A stretch of 62,601 nt of DNA, counting the filler, from Chiloscyllium plagiosum (taxonomy: Eukaryota): the NCBI RefSeq assembly GCF_004010195.1. It is 3 parts of one record of this genome, joined end to end, with 100 filler letters (N's around TTAATTAATTAA, not from the genome) between each part and the next. Parts side by side here need not be neighbours in the genome. Positions count along the whole stretch, not along the records: positions 29,059 to 56,822 come from NC_057714.1; 2 more parts are not named here. One strand, given 5' to 3'. How positions within the stretch are numbered: position 1 is the first letter of the stretch; each line of letters starts with the position of its first letter. The notes under the pieces were generated by a model that saw only the letters and a list, made by a program, of their open reading frames with translations, had not been told where the DNA came from and did no database searches. The position numbers were made by a program, and so were the translations under genes. This document shows, piece after piece, positions 36,929 to 50,074 of the stretch.

Positions 36929-37369
36929 AGTACGTGTTTAATTTGTCTACCTTCGCTTTGTCCCCCATTATAACGGCCCCTATGTCCGGCTGTAAGGGAC
37001 CTACATATAACTTCAATTTTTTTTTCTCTTTAAATACCTCTAGGAGCTTTAAAAATCAGACTGTATGTTACCCACAAGCTTATTCTCATATTGTAGTATT
37101 CCCTTTTAATTAATCCTTTTGACCTCCTCTGCTGAACTATTGTCATTTGCAAGTTTACTGATCTTTCCTTTTGGAACCTTCTGGCATCCTAGATATTGGA
37201 GTTAAAATCAACTGAGCTTCAAACAGCTGATATTTGATGGCCATCCTTCCTCCCCCCACTTGCCTGTCTGACTCCGACTCTCAGATAAAATCCCTTTGGT
37301 ACACTGTTTGTTCTTTGGTGCTTGTTCAAAAGCATTGTTTGTGCTTAGAGTTGTCTCTTTTCTCTCTCA

Positions 37370-38320
37370 TTGAATGTGTATGAATACAGGAGGTATTGGT
37401 CAGTAAGTTTGCAGGTGACACCAAAATTGATGGCGTACTGGACAGTGGAGAAGGCTACCTCAGACTACAACGGGACCTTGCTTAGATGGATGGAGGAGCA
37501 GCAGATGGAATTTAATTTAGATAAATGGGAGGTGTTGGATTTTGGAAAGGCAAACCAGACAGGACTCAGATACTTAATGATAAAGTCCTAAGGAGTGCTA
37601 CTGAGCAAAGAGACCTTGGAGTCTGGATTCATAGTTCTTTGTAGGTGTAGCCACAGGTAGACAGGATAGTGAAGGTGGCATTTGGTACGCTTATCTTTAT
37701 TGGTCAGTGCATTGATTATAGTACTTGGGATGTCACATTGCAGCTGTACAGGACATTGGTGAGGCCACGTTTGGAATACTGCATTCAATTCTGGTCTCCA
37801 TGCTATAGGGAACATGTTGTTAAACTTGAAAGGGTGCAGAAAAGACTTACAAGGACGTTGTTGGGATTGGAGGTTTTGAGCTATAGGGAGAGGCTGAATA
37901 GGCTGGGGCTATTTTCCCTGGAGCATCAGAGGCTGAAGGGTGACCTTATAAGAATTTATAAAATCATGAAGGGCATGGATTGGGTGGATAGTAAAGATCT
38001 CTTTCCCAGGGCAGGGGAGTCCAAAACTAGAGGGCATAGATTTAAGATGAGAAGGGAAAGATTTAAAAAGGACCTAAGGGGCAAATCTTTCACCTAAGGG
38101 GTGGCATGTGTATGGAATGAGCTGCCAGAGGAAATGGTAGAGGTTGGTACAATTACTAAATTTGAAAAGCATCTGAGTGGGGGTATATGAATAGGAAGGG
38201 TTTAAGAGGGATATGGGCCAAATGCTGGCAAATGGGGCTAGATTAATGTCGGATATTTGGTCGGCGTGGATGAGTTGAACTGACAGTCTATTTCTGTGCT
38301 GTATAACTCTATGGCTCTAA
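37370..38320 (+). mobile_element. CR1 LINE 3' ~950 bp
   Basis: LYRTLVRPRLEYCIQFWSP..LERVQKR..TRGHRFK; CR1 3' UTR. Confidence 0.92.
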
Positions 38321-40137
38321 AGTATATATTGTAGTTTCTAAAATTTATTGACTGATGGCACTGGAGATACAGAATTTGAAAATGAGCCTTTATTTGACAG
38401 ACCTGATCTTACACTCACCCATACAAACATCCAATTGCTTAGAATTGTGGTTTATTATATACATCTTCATTTCATTCCTAGTCATCTCCCTTGACACATC
38501 AGCAGCCATTGTTAACAAAACCCAAAGTCTGTTGCTTATGTTTTTGGAAACAACAGATGAACATGAATGTGATTTCCAACACTGAGGATCATATATCTAT
38601 CTCTCTGAATAACCAGCTGTTTTGTTATTCTCTATTGTGACCTGACTGTACTTCCATTGAATTCAACGCAGAACAAGTGAAGATTACTTTCTAAAGAAAA
38701 CATGAAGTATCAAAGGTAGAAAGCAAAGCAAAATACTGCAGGTGCCGGTATCTGAAGCAAACAGAATGCTAGAGAAACTCAATAGGTCTGGCAGCATCTG
38801 TGATGAGAGAGAAAGCGAAAAACAGACTTACATTGTTCAAATCCAATAGGACTTTATTGACAGTAAAATACATATTTGACAATAGATTAAAACACAGTCG
38901 TAAATCAATTGCCCACTGCACACTCCTATCAATTTCTCTTGAAATGAAAGTTACGTCGGCAGAGTTTATAACTGGTGGTGAGTCACTTCCACAAGCTTAG
39001 TGTTGTTGCTGGTGGTGGATTAAACTTCACCACATCCTCCTCACATGACCACTACCCACCCTGATTGTCATACCTAAAAATACCACACTAACAGTGAATA
39101 CATTATGTCCCATTTTAGGTTTTCCCATTTTAAGGCATCCACTTTAATGTTGGCTGTATTCACTGGAATAACTGCACAGAGGTTGCTATCCCGTCACCAA
39201 GTCACCCTTTATTTACTTGTGCACAGTACACTGGTTGTGACCTTCCAGCTTGGAGTCAGTCCCCTGAACTGAGTAGATTCTAAATCCTGTGGTTATATTT
39301 TATTAAACAGTACAGTTTACAAACAATTAACATTAACAGCTGTATACATAGAAACAGCAATTTACAAGGGAGAGGAGTAGAAAAACGAGACCCTAAGCCC
39401 TACTGTTCAACACGTTTTCAGGGAAATGAGGACAAACCTCAAACCCCACTTTCAGTCATCACAAAAATAGCAATTACAAATACGTACAAGACACTCCAAT
39501 TAGATAAGAAACTGTGCATAGAATACAGACCCCGCGTCCCACCAGCAATCATTATCATGAACAGTTCTCTTTGAAACTGAGAGTCCATTCCAAGAATGGA
39601 GTCCACTCCAGTAGACAAAGTGCATTGTCAGAAATAGAGTCCACTCCATTCTGCAAAGTCCGTTGCCAGAAACAGTCCACAACCAAGAGCAGAGTCCACT
39701 CCTGAAGGCAGCAAATGCACACTCCACAGCACCCCACAACGTGTTCAGTCTCCATAAACGCCTGGCCCATCCATAGAGAAACTGGCCCACTCTCAGGAAC
39801 AAAATACATTGTAAAGGTGCAGTTAACTCAAAGGGGTTTGGTCCACTCTCAAAGGCAGAATCCACTCCCAAACTCCAGGCTGCAGCAAAAGCTCAATTCC
39901 CTGCACTCACAGGTTTTCAGTCTTTCCAGAGGCCTAGTCCACGAACAAAGGGCCAGGCTTACCCACAGGACCAGCTCATCTGGAATGGTGCATCTCCTCA
40001 TAGGGGCACATCCCAAACACCAAAAACCAAAAGTGAAGACATGTACAAAAAAAAAAGAAAACCAGAATTTAAGGGCTAAGCCCTGCCATAAAATCAACAT
40101 TGTCCTTTTCTCAAAGTAAAAAGAGAAAAGAGTAACA

Positions 40138-40645
40138 AGTTTTGATAAAATTTGTAGCTCAGGTTGAGGTTCTGGATGTAGGTTTGCTTGCTGAGCTGGA
40201 AGATTCATTTTCAGACATTTCATTACCATACGAGGTAACATCATCAGTGAGCCTCCGAATGAAGCACTGGAGTGGGTGTAGCCTGCTTTCTATTTATATG
40301 TTTGGGTTTCCTCGCATTGGTGATGTAATTTCCTATGGTGATGTCATTTCCTATTCTTTTTCTCAGGGGTTGGTAAATGGGATCCAAGTCAATGTGTTTG
40401 TTGATAGAGTTCTGGTTGGCTTGGATCCCATTTACCACCCCCGAGAAAAAGAACAGGAAATGACATCACCATAGGAAATGATGTCATCACAGGAAATTGA
40501 ATCACCAACCCAAGGAAACTAACATATAAATCGAAAGTGAGCTACACCACCAGTGCTTCATTCGGAGGTTCACAGAAGATGTTACCTACGTGGTAATGAA
40601 ACATCTGAAAATGAACCTTCCAGCTCAGCGAGCAAACCTACATCC
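40138..40645. mobile_element. Fold-back Penelope pLTR pair (family B), no ORF
   Basis: Minus arm 40138-40420, plus arm 40421-40645; HHR 40211-40250(-) CTGATGA..GAAATGTC; 14-bp TSD AGAAAAGAGTAACA. Confidence 0.9.
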
Positions 40646-40729
40646 AGAAAAGAGTAACACACAGGCTGTAACCAGCCATTGAAACAACAGTTCCCGAATG
40701 AGAACTGAAACACATTGGGTAGATTTAGG

Positions 40730-41035
40730 TTAGATTACAGTGTGGAAACAGGCCCTTCGGCCCAACAAGTCCACACCGACCCGCCGAAGCGAAACCCACC
40801 CATACCCCTACATTTACCCCTTACCTAACACTACAGGCAATTTAGCATGGCCAATTCACCTGACCCTGCACATCTTTGGATGGTGGGAGGAAACCGGAGC
40901 ACCCGGAGGAAACCCACGCAGACACGGGGAGAACGTGCAAACTCCACACAGTCAGTCGCCTGAGGCGGGAATTGAACCCGGGTCTCTGGCGCTATGAGGC
41001 AGCAGTGCTAACCACTGTGCCACCATGCTGCCCAC
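40730..41035 (-). mobile_element. HE1 V-SINE, full length, young
   Basis: Complete reverse-complement HE1 with many CpGs retained. Confidence 0.93.
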
Positions 41036-42264
41036 AAATCAGGCAGTTTGGACATCAGTTCCCTATAAAAGGGCAACCAGTTAACAAACTGGCTATATAA
41101 TTCAGCCAGTTCAGGAATCAGGTTTCTCCCCCCTAAAAAAGCAGTAACACACAAACTGTGATCCAGCCAGCACAGAGTCAGTTCCCTAAACTGAAGAGAT
41201 TCTAAATCTCCTCGTTATATTGGTCAGCCAGGGCTCCCTGATTGGCCAAGGTTAACAACCATAAACAAGGACCTCATAGTCAACAGGATCCACTTGGTTC
41301 CAAGCAAAGTATTCACCTTTAGTGTTAAGACTTTTATTTTGACACCAGTGGGTACTCCTGACACAGGGTCACATGACCTGGTTGGCAACATTATGGTGCC
41401 CTTCTCTCTGTTCCTAACCCTTGTGGTTGCTGCCAACCTTCCCTCTCACAAATTCAACCTCTGGCTGCATCTCTGCCTTGCACCTTTCTGCAGCCTAAAC
41501 CCACTCTTCCTTGCTTTTGTTGCTCATTTTGCCGGTCTTCACTTCAGGAGAGGGTAGCAGCAAGCAGTTTCGGTGAGAAGGAGGGTAAAGGGGCACAAAG
41601 TGAGTCTAGCAAGAGTTTGAGAAATAGAATCAGCGATGACCCATTGAGCCAGTGAAACAATGAGCTGGAGATGTGGCAATATGGAAAGGCGGTGAGCTGC
41701 GCAAGCAGAGAGAAAACTCCTGAGAGTTAGAGCTGGAGAGGTAGCGGAGACAGAGAGACAGCAAGATGGAAAGGCAGTGAGGCAGAGACACAGAGAGACA
41801 GTGATACAGAGAGTCAGAGCCGGAGACGAAGAGACACAGAGAGACAGAGAGGTAGTCAGCCTCTTTAAAAAGTGGGAACTATGTTTTATCTAATTTTAAA
41901 TTGTTTCATACCATTCATGTTGCCTTAGAGAGAATAAAATGGTTTTAAAGAAAAGACGTAACAAGGACCTAAAATAGCTGCAATGATCAAATGGCCGTAG
42001 ATCGAGGCACATTTCAGAACACTAATAAATTAAGGTGTCAGCACTGAAATTATTAGCTTTATGGAAAGACATTGAAAACTGACTGCTGTGTGTCATCAAA
42101 CATTCCCATCCCCTTTTTTAATTCACAGGTGTATGATAATTCCACAGACTGAGAGAACTGTGAGCTAGCTTGGAAAACAATGGGGTGAGACTCTAGTGTA
42201 CACATTGTTCTACATTACAAAGTTGCTTTTAAGCAGTAGCACACAGAAAGTAAAAGTGGATTCT

Positions 42265-43740
42265 TTTCATTCATTCATGGGATGTGGGCATCACTGGCTG
42301 GCCACATCCCTATCTGCCCTTGAGAAGGTGGTGGTGAGCTGCCTTCTTGAATCGCTGCAGTCCACATGTTGTAGGTTGACTCACAATGCCATTAGGGAGG
42401 GCATTCCAGGATTTTGACCCAGCAACAGTGAAGGAACTTTCAAGTCAGGATGATAAATGTTTTGGAGGAGAACTTGCAGGTGGTAATATTCCCATATATC
42501 TGCTGCCCCTGTCTTCTAGATGAAATGGTCATGGGTTTGGAACGTGCTGTCTGAGGATCTTTGGTAATTTCTACAGTACATCTTGTAGATAGTACACATT
42601 GCTGCTACTGAGTGATGTAGGTGGAGGGAGTGGATGCTTGTGGATGCAGTGCCAATCAAGTGGGCTGCTTTGTCCTGGATGGTGTCATGCTTCTTGAGTG
42701 TTGTTGGGGCTGCTTCCCTCCAAGCAAGTAGGGAGTATTCCATCACACTCCTGACTTGTGCCTTGTAGTTGGTGGACAGGCTTTGGGGAGTCAGGAACTG
42801 AATTACTTGCCTCAGTATACCTAGCCTCTGTGATGCTGTTGTAGCCATTGTGTTTATGTGATGAGTCCAATGAAGATTCTTGTCTATGATAATCCCCAGG
42901 ATGTTGATAGTGGGGTATTCAGTGATGATACTACCATTGACTATCAAGGAGCAGTAGTTAGATTGTCTCTTATTAGTGATGGTCATACCCTGGCATTTAT
43001 GTAGCACAAATTTTACTTGCCATTTGTTAGCCCAAGGCTGGATGTTGCCGATATCTTGTTGAGGTCAGCATGGATTGCTTCAGTATGTGAAGAGTCGCGA
43101 ATGGTGCTGAACATTGTGCAAACATCAGCAAACATCCCCACTTCAGACCTTATGATGAAGGGAAGGTCATTGATGAAGCAGCTGAAGATGGTTGGGCCTA
43201 AGACACTACCCTGAGGAACCTCTGCAGAAATGCCTTGGAGCTGAGATGACTCACCTCCAACAACCACGTCCATCTTCCAATGTGTCAGGTATGACTCCAA
43301 CCAGAAGAGAGTTTGCCCCCGATACTTATTGATTCCAGTTTTGCTAGGGCTCTGTGATGCCACATTTGGTCAAATGCAGCCTTGATGTTAAGGGCTGTCA
43401 CTCTCACCTCACCTCTAGAATTCAGCTCGTTTGTCCATGTTTGAGCCAAGGCTGTAATGAGGTCAGGAGCTGTGTGGTCCTGGTAGAACCCAAACTGGGT
43501 GTCAGTGAGCAGGTTGTTGCTAAGCAGGTGCTGCTTGATAGCTTGATGACACCTTCCATCACTTTACTGATGATCGAGAGTAGACTGATTGGGCGGTAAT
43601 TGGCTAGGTTGGATTTGTCCTGTTTTTTATGTAGAGGACATATTTGGGCAATTTTCCACATTGTTGGGTAGATGCTAGTGCTGTAACTGTACTGGGACAG
43701 CTTGCCTTGCGGAACTGCAAGTCCTGAAACACAAGTCATT
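42265..43740 (-). mobile_element. LINE family B (CR1/L2 group) RT to 3' end
   Basis: [60 protein letters not shown]. Confidence 0.9.
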
Positions 43741-44035
43741 GAGTCACAGAGTTGTACAGCATGGAAACAGGCCTTTGGTCCAACTTGTCCATGCTGACGA
43801 AATATCCGAAATTAATCTAGTCCCATTTGTGAGCATTTGGCCCACATCCCTCTAAACTCTTCCTATTCATATACCCAGGAGAAAGTGAGGGCCGCAGAAT
43901 CAGAGTCAAAAAGTGTGGCACTTGAAAAGCACAGCAGCTCAGGCAGCATCCGAGGAGCAGGAAAATCAACGTTTCGGACATAGGAGTTGGTGGTGGATGT
44001 GGGGGGAAGGTAGGTGGGAAGGAGATAGGTGGGAC
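43740..44035 (-). mobile_element. CR1 3' end (43740-43877) abutting a decayed PLE pLTR (43878-44035)
   Basis: Reverse-complement matches to the CR1 3' UTR and the family A pLTR. Confidence 0.7.
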
Positions 44036-44243
44036 CTGCATCCATAGATCCCTTTATTCGGCAACACTCCTCAAGAACTTACTATTAAATCTTTAGAATT
44101 TTGCCAAATTATTGTCAGGGCCCATAGCCTCTACATTAATGATTGCCTGCAACGCTTTCCTCCTATCACATGGAGTTAAATGAGTTGTCTAAAGACTGCT
44201 ATCTGTGATTCTGGGGACCGCTGGAGGAGGTATTGGAGGTCTT

Positions 44244-46990
44244 ATAGAACGTTACAGCGCAGTACAGACCCTTTTGGCCCTCGCTGTTACACCGACCTGT
44301 GGAACCAATCTGAAGCTCATCTAACTTACTGTATTCCATTCTCATCCATATGCCTATCCATTGACTGTTTAAATGCCCTTAAAGTTGGTAAGTCTACTAC
44401 TGCTGCAGGCAGTAGTTCCACACCCCTACTACTCTCTGAGTAAAGAAACTACCTCTGACATCTGTCCTATATCTATCACCCCTCAATTTAAAGCTATGTC
44501 CCCTCATGCTAGCCATCAGCATCCGAGGAAAAAGGCTTTCACTGTCCACCCTGTGTAACCCTCTGATTATTGTATATGTCTCAATTAAGTCACCTCTCAA
44601 CCTTCTTCTCTCTAATCCAGAACTAGAGGGCATAGGTTTTTGGGTGAGAGGGGAAAGATATAAAAGAGACTTAAGGGGCAACTTTTACAGACAGAGGGTG
44701 GTTCGTATATGGAATGAGCTGCCAGAGGAAGTGGTGGAGGCTGATACAATTGCAATATCTAAGAGGCATTTGGATGGGTACATGAATAGGAAGGGTTTAG
44801 AAGGATATGGGCCAAGTGCTGGAAGGTGGGACTAGATTGGGTTGGGATATCTGGTCAGCATGGATGGGTTGGACCGAAGGGTCTGTTTCTATGCTGTACA
44901 TCTCTATGGCTCTATAAAACAGTCACAAGTCCCTCAGCCTTTCCTCATAAGTCCTTCCTTCCATACCAACATCCTAGTAAATCTCCTCTGAACCCTTTCC
45001 AACGCTTCCACATCTTTTCTATAATGCAGTGACCAGAACTGTATACAATACTCCAAGGCTGGCCACACCAAGGCTTTGTATAACTGCATCATGACCTTGT
45101 GGCTCTGAAACTCGAATCCCTCTACCAATAAAAGCTCACACACCGTATGCCTTCTTAACAACCCTATCAACCTGGGTAGAAACTTTCAGGGATGTATGTA
45201 CATGGACACCAAGATCTCTCTGCTCATCTACACTACTAAGAATCTTACCATTAGCCCAGTACTGTGTATTCCTATTGCTCCTTCCAATGTCAATCACCTC
45301 ACACTTTTCCACAGAAAACCCCATTTGCCGCCTCTCAGCCCAGCTCTGCAGCTTATCTATGTCCCTGTATAACCTACAACATCCTTCAACACTATCCACA
45401 ACTCCACCTCCTTAGTGTTATCTGCAAATTTACTAACCCATCCTTCTCTACCATCATCTTGGTCATTTATAAAAATGACAAACAGCAGGGGACCCAAAAC
45501 AGATCCTTGCGGTACACCCCTTGTAACTGAACTCCAAGATGAATATTTCCCATCAACCACCACCCTCTATCTTCTGTCAGCTAGCTAATTTCTGATCCAA
45601 ACTACTAAATCATCCTCAATCCCATGCCTCCGTATTTTGTGCAATAGCCTACCATGGGGAACGTTATCAAAACACCTTACTGAAAACCATATACACCATA
45701 TCAACCGCTTTACCTTCATCCACCTGTTTGGTCAGCTTCTCAAAGAACTCAATAAGGTTTGTGAGGCACGACCTACCTTCACAAAACCATGGTGACTACC
45801 CCTAATCTATTCATTCCTCTGTAGATCATTATAAATTCTATCTCTTATAACCTTTTCCAACACTTTACCCAAAACTGAAGTGAGGCTAACTGTTCTATAA
45901 TTACCATGGTTGTCTCTGAACAAGGGGACAACATTTACTATCCTCCAGTCTTCTGGCACTATTCTTGTAGACAATGACGACATAAAGATCAAAGCCCAAG
46001 GCTCTGCAATCTCCTCCCTGGCTTTCCAGAGAATCCTAGGATAAATCCCATCCAGCCCAGTAGGCTTATCTATTTTCACACTTTCCAGAATTGCTGACAC
46101 CTCTTCCTTGTGAACCTCAATCCCATCTACTCGAGTAGCCTGTAGCTCAGTATTCTCCTTAACAACATTGTCTTTTTCCAGTGTGAATACTGAAGAAAAT
46201 ATTCATTTCCCTATCTCTTCTGACTCCACACAACTTCCCACTACTAACGTTGATTGGCCCGAATCTTTCTCTAGTCATTCTTTTATTCCTGATATACCTA
46301 TAGAAAGCTTTAAGGTTTTCCTTGATCCTATCTGCCAATGACTTCTCATATTCCCTCCAGCTCTTCTTAGCTCTCTCTTTAGGTCTTTCTGGCTAACTTG
46401 TAACTCTCAAGCGCCCTAACTGACCCTTTGCGTCTCATCCTAACATAAGCTGCCATCTTCCTCTTGACAAGAAATTCGACATCTTTAGTAAACCATGGTT
46501 CCCTCGCTCGACCACTTCATCCCTCCCTGACAGATACATACTTACCAAGGAGACGCAGTAGCTATTTCTTGAACAAGCTCCACATTTCAATTGTGCCCAT
46601 CCCCTGCAGTTTCCTTCCCCATCCTATGTATCCTCAATCTTGCCTAATTGCATCATAATTTCTCCCAGCAATAACTCTTGCCCTGCGTTATATACCTATA
46701 CCTTTTCATCGCTAAAGTAAACATAACTGAATTGTGGTCACTATCACCAAAGTGCTCACCTACATCCAAATCTAAAGCCTGGCCAGGTTCATTACCCAGT
46801 ACCAAATCTTGCCTCTTGTTGGCTTGTCTACATACTGTGTCAGGAAACAATCCTGCACACATTGGACAAAAACTGACCCATCCAAAGTACTTAAACTATA
46901 GCATTTCTAGTCAATATTTGGAAAGTTAAAGCCCCCATAACAAGTACCCTGTTACTCTCGCTCCTATCCAGAATTATCTTTGGTATCCTT
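44244..46990 (-). mobile_element. Long CR1 LINE (endonuclease end, RT, 3' end) with a plus-strand CR1 3' piece inserted at 44617-44915
   Basis: [59 protein letters not shown]. Confidence 0.92.
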
Positions 46991-46994
46991 TAAG

Positions 46995-48900
46995 CAAGAA
47001 CTGAAAATCTCTCTCTCTCATTTTGCCTGTTTCTCCCAACATCTTCAAACCAGCACCAAGTGAAAAAGCAAATTCAGAAAACAACCATTCACCATGAACT
47101 TAAAAATACTTCCAGATTTTACCACTGCTGAGGACACTTCCTGTGATCTCAGGTTAATAATCACAATCTTAAAGACTGAAAAGACTTCTTAACTCAACTT
47201 TTAGACCCCATGTCTGTAACAGATACTCTCTCTTTAAACTTATTACCTGTGTTTGTGTTTGTTTTGTCTTTGGTTTGTGTTTGTTTTTTTCTCAGAGCTA
47301 GTAGGCAATAAAATTCCTTTTCTTTCTCTCAAGCAAGGCTTTTAATTGGTTCCTTCACTTACTAGTAAACTATGTTTGAAATGAAGTGCGATAGCTCAAT
47401 GCTTGGGGGAAAAAAAATTCAATTGAACAAGAGGGAATTATAAAGAGGAGAGTAAATTCCTCCTCCTCACCTGGTCATAACAATTATTGGGTTGAACTGT
47501 AATGGTTCCTCCAGGTGAGAGAAAGAAATAGGGTGGGGAAAATTAATTGTTCCTTCAAAAGCTGGTTCTGCAAAAGGATTTCCTTCAGTCTCTAATGTCA
47601 GTGGTGCTAAGATATTCACATTTGAATGTAATGCTTTCTCACAGCAGAATGAAGTAACCCAACACTTTGTTCTTGGAGAATTATAGAGTGTAGCTTGACT
47701 CTTAGATGTGGGGTTCCACCCAAAACAGAAATTGCAAAACCGATGTTGCAAATCATTGAGGTGGAAGTGAGGAGTGACTCCGATAAATTAAACTGGAGCA
47801 GGAGAGATTAGAATTAGAATCCCAAGAGACAAAAGAAGAAAGGAAATTTTAGGAATGGAAAGAAAAAAGAGACCAGGAAAGGAAAGAATTAAGCGAATTC
47901 TATGAAAGAGAGAGAGAAAGGGAGTTCCAATTAAGATAACTCAAGCTGAGAAAAAAGACTGAATGTGGTTCTGGTGACGAAACCACATCTAACTCAAATT
48001 TGATTTTGTTTTTATTATCATGAGTATTTTACAGTAAGAATGCAATAAAACACAGCAAAAATCTTTCATTTGTCACAATGAAATGGTGCAATTTTTAATA
48101 AATTAAGAATAAGGAAAAAATAAGAAAGAAATACCTTGAAGAGTGCCCATCAGTTGGTCCTGACCAGGTCAGCACTGTCAGCACCATCTACACTACTATC
48201 TCTCTGCCACCATGTCTCTGCTCAGAGAAAGTGAGCACTGCAGATGCTGGGGATCAGAGTCAAGTGTGTGGTGCTGGAAAAGCGCAGCAGGTCAGGCAGC
48301 GTCCAAGGAACAGGAGAATCGACGTTTCGGGCATAAGCCCTTCTTCAGTTCACTTCTCTGCTGCCTACTTAAGGGCTGAAATATTCACATTTGCCTATTT
48401 AATGCCTATGTTTGTCCATTTAATCCCTTCTTTATCTTTTCAAAATTTAGCAAAGCAATTAAAATTGCCAGTCCAGTAGTGGACCCCACTCTTAAGGGAC
48501 ATGCTCATTGAGAAAGCTCACAATATTTCCTCCCTTTTACCTGAGCGAAGTGCCAGTGGTATGATAACAGAAAAAGGAGCTGCTTTCTGTGCATATCACT
48601 TAGTGCCTGAGATGTACAGGTAAAAATTCCATACCCACATGTCATGGCCTGGTCAGTCATGCCTTGAATTTGAATGGATTAAACACCTTGCTTTGGACTT
48701 CTGGGTATAAGCATTTAAAATTGAGGCACTTACAAAACCCCACTGTCAGAAAATTCTCCTTTGAGCAGTTCAGAAACACAATTCTCTTCCCGGTGTGGAT
48801 GTAGGTAGAGGATCAGAAGTATGCAGGGCCCAGACAGGCTGCTTTCTCACAGACGACTATGAGTTAAATCAAGGATGTCTGGGCCTGATGTCTAATGTCT
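46995..48900 (+). mobile_element. Decayed Gmr1-like Gypsy element: LTR end (..TCATAACA near 47482) plus gag
   Basis: SFQNLAKQLKLPVQ*WT.., AYHLVPEMYR*KF..PGQS..EFE..DFW resemble the SCAN-related gag; E/R/K-rich coiled-coil remnant at 47800-47950. Confidence 0.6.
48224..48348 (-). mobile_element. Mini PLE pLTR family A with intact HHR core (48316-48348)
   Basis: Reverse complement CTGAAGAAGGGCTTATGCCCGAAACGTCGATTC. Confidence 0.88.
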
Positions 48901-48946
48901 GGGATAGATGCCCTGAGACAGGCTGGAGAGAAAACTGAAGCGAATT

Positions 48947-49045
48947 GTTCTGAAGAAGAGACATCGGACTCGAAACATTAACTCTGTTTCTCTTTTCACA
49001 GATGCTACCAGACCTGCTGAGTTTCACCAGCACTTTCTGTTTTCA
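48947..49045 (+). mobile_element. PLE pLTR family C, degenerate HHR
   Basis: GTT-CTGAAGA-AGAGAC-ATCG-GACTC-GAAA-CATT-AAC. Confidence 0.7.
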
Positions 49046-49429
49046 CTTTAAACTTCCCACACACTTGGCAGCAGCAAAGGATCCTGGTCTGGTGGCGATT
49101 TGTAAAGATTGAAATTCAGTGTGGTTAAGTTCGTATATCAACACTCAATACATTTGTGTTACATTCCAATACTCCCCATTTAATATAGGTTAACATAAAG
49201 AGGTTAACAACTTTATAAAAATGGCAAGTGCAGGAACTTTACTTCATGTGATCACAAATGGACTGTACCCAACATTTCAAGTGTCAGCATGGCTCAGTGG
49301 TAACACTCTGAGTTCAGAAGATTGTGTGCCTTGAAGAAATGGAGAATGCAACAATAGTGTTTCCCTAAGTTTTTCCAGGTGGGCTTCCACACAGATAGGG
49401 AATCAGGAATAAAAACCTTGGCTGATTAA

Positions 49430-49677
49430 TTAGATTAGATTAGATTACAGTGTGGAAACAGGCCCTTCGTCCCAACAAGTCCACACCGACCCGCCGAAGC
49501 GAAACCCACCCATACATTTACCCCTTACCTAATACTACGGGCAATTTTAGTATGGCCAATTCACCTGACCCTGCACATCTTTGGACTGTGGGAGGAAACC
49601 GGAGCACCCGGAGGAAACCCACGCAGACACGGGGAGAACGTGCAAACTCCACACAGTCAGTCGCCTGAGGCAGGAAT
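49430..49677 (-). mobile_element. HE1 V-SINE, 5'-truncated
   Basis: Near-identical to 40730-40970; (TTAGA)n tail. Confidence 0.9.
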
Positions 49678-50074
49678 GCTAGGTGTGTTAGCCAAAAGTA
49701 GAGTCAAGCTGCCACATGTACTAAACTGGAATGAATGAGGAGCTATGCTGGTCAGCAGGTTTTGATCATGCATTGCACAGTGAGACACTGGATTGAGGGA
49801 ACATTGGACAGGCCTGTGGTGTGTCAAAGTATCAGAAATCTATTTCCTACATAAATCCCAGATCATGATATGGGACAGTATAAGGAATAACAATATAGAG
49901 TCACATATTTGGGGCAACACATTTAAGAAGCCCTTTCTTTTATTTCTATACTCTATACCTCATCCTGGATTCCTCTCTCGTGGGTGGATTTGTGTCAGAG
50001 AGTTCCGAATACTGACTGCCTGCACAATTCCTCTCACAACCATTATTAGCTGTGGAGGGCAATATGTATGGGTA

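Larger units (their letters stand above)
36005..37135 (-). mobile_element. Old CR1 fragment hosting two SINEs
   Basis: NKSPGPNNLPPRLVKE..EIVDAL..IF; continues after 36929. Confidence 0.7.
39164..41315 (-). mobile_element. Gypsy LTR pieces (39164-39297, 41160-41315) flanking a nested insertion
   Basis: Reverse complement has AATAAAGGGTGACTTGGTGACGGGATA and CCAATCAGGGAGCCCTGGCTGAC; a ~55-bp segment recurs on both sides. Confidence 0.6.

Noticed and set aside
39580..39870. Repeat-spacer pattern superficially like a CRISPR array
   Set aside because: Repeats are only ~11 bp, spacers are very unequal, the context is eukaryotic and there are no cas genes.
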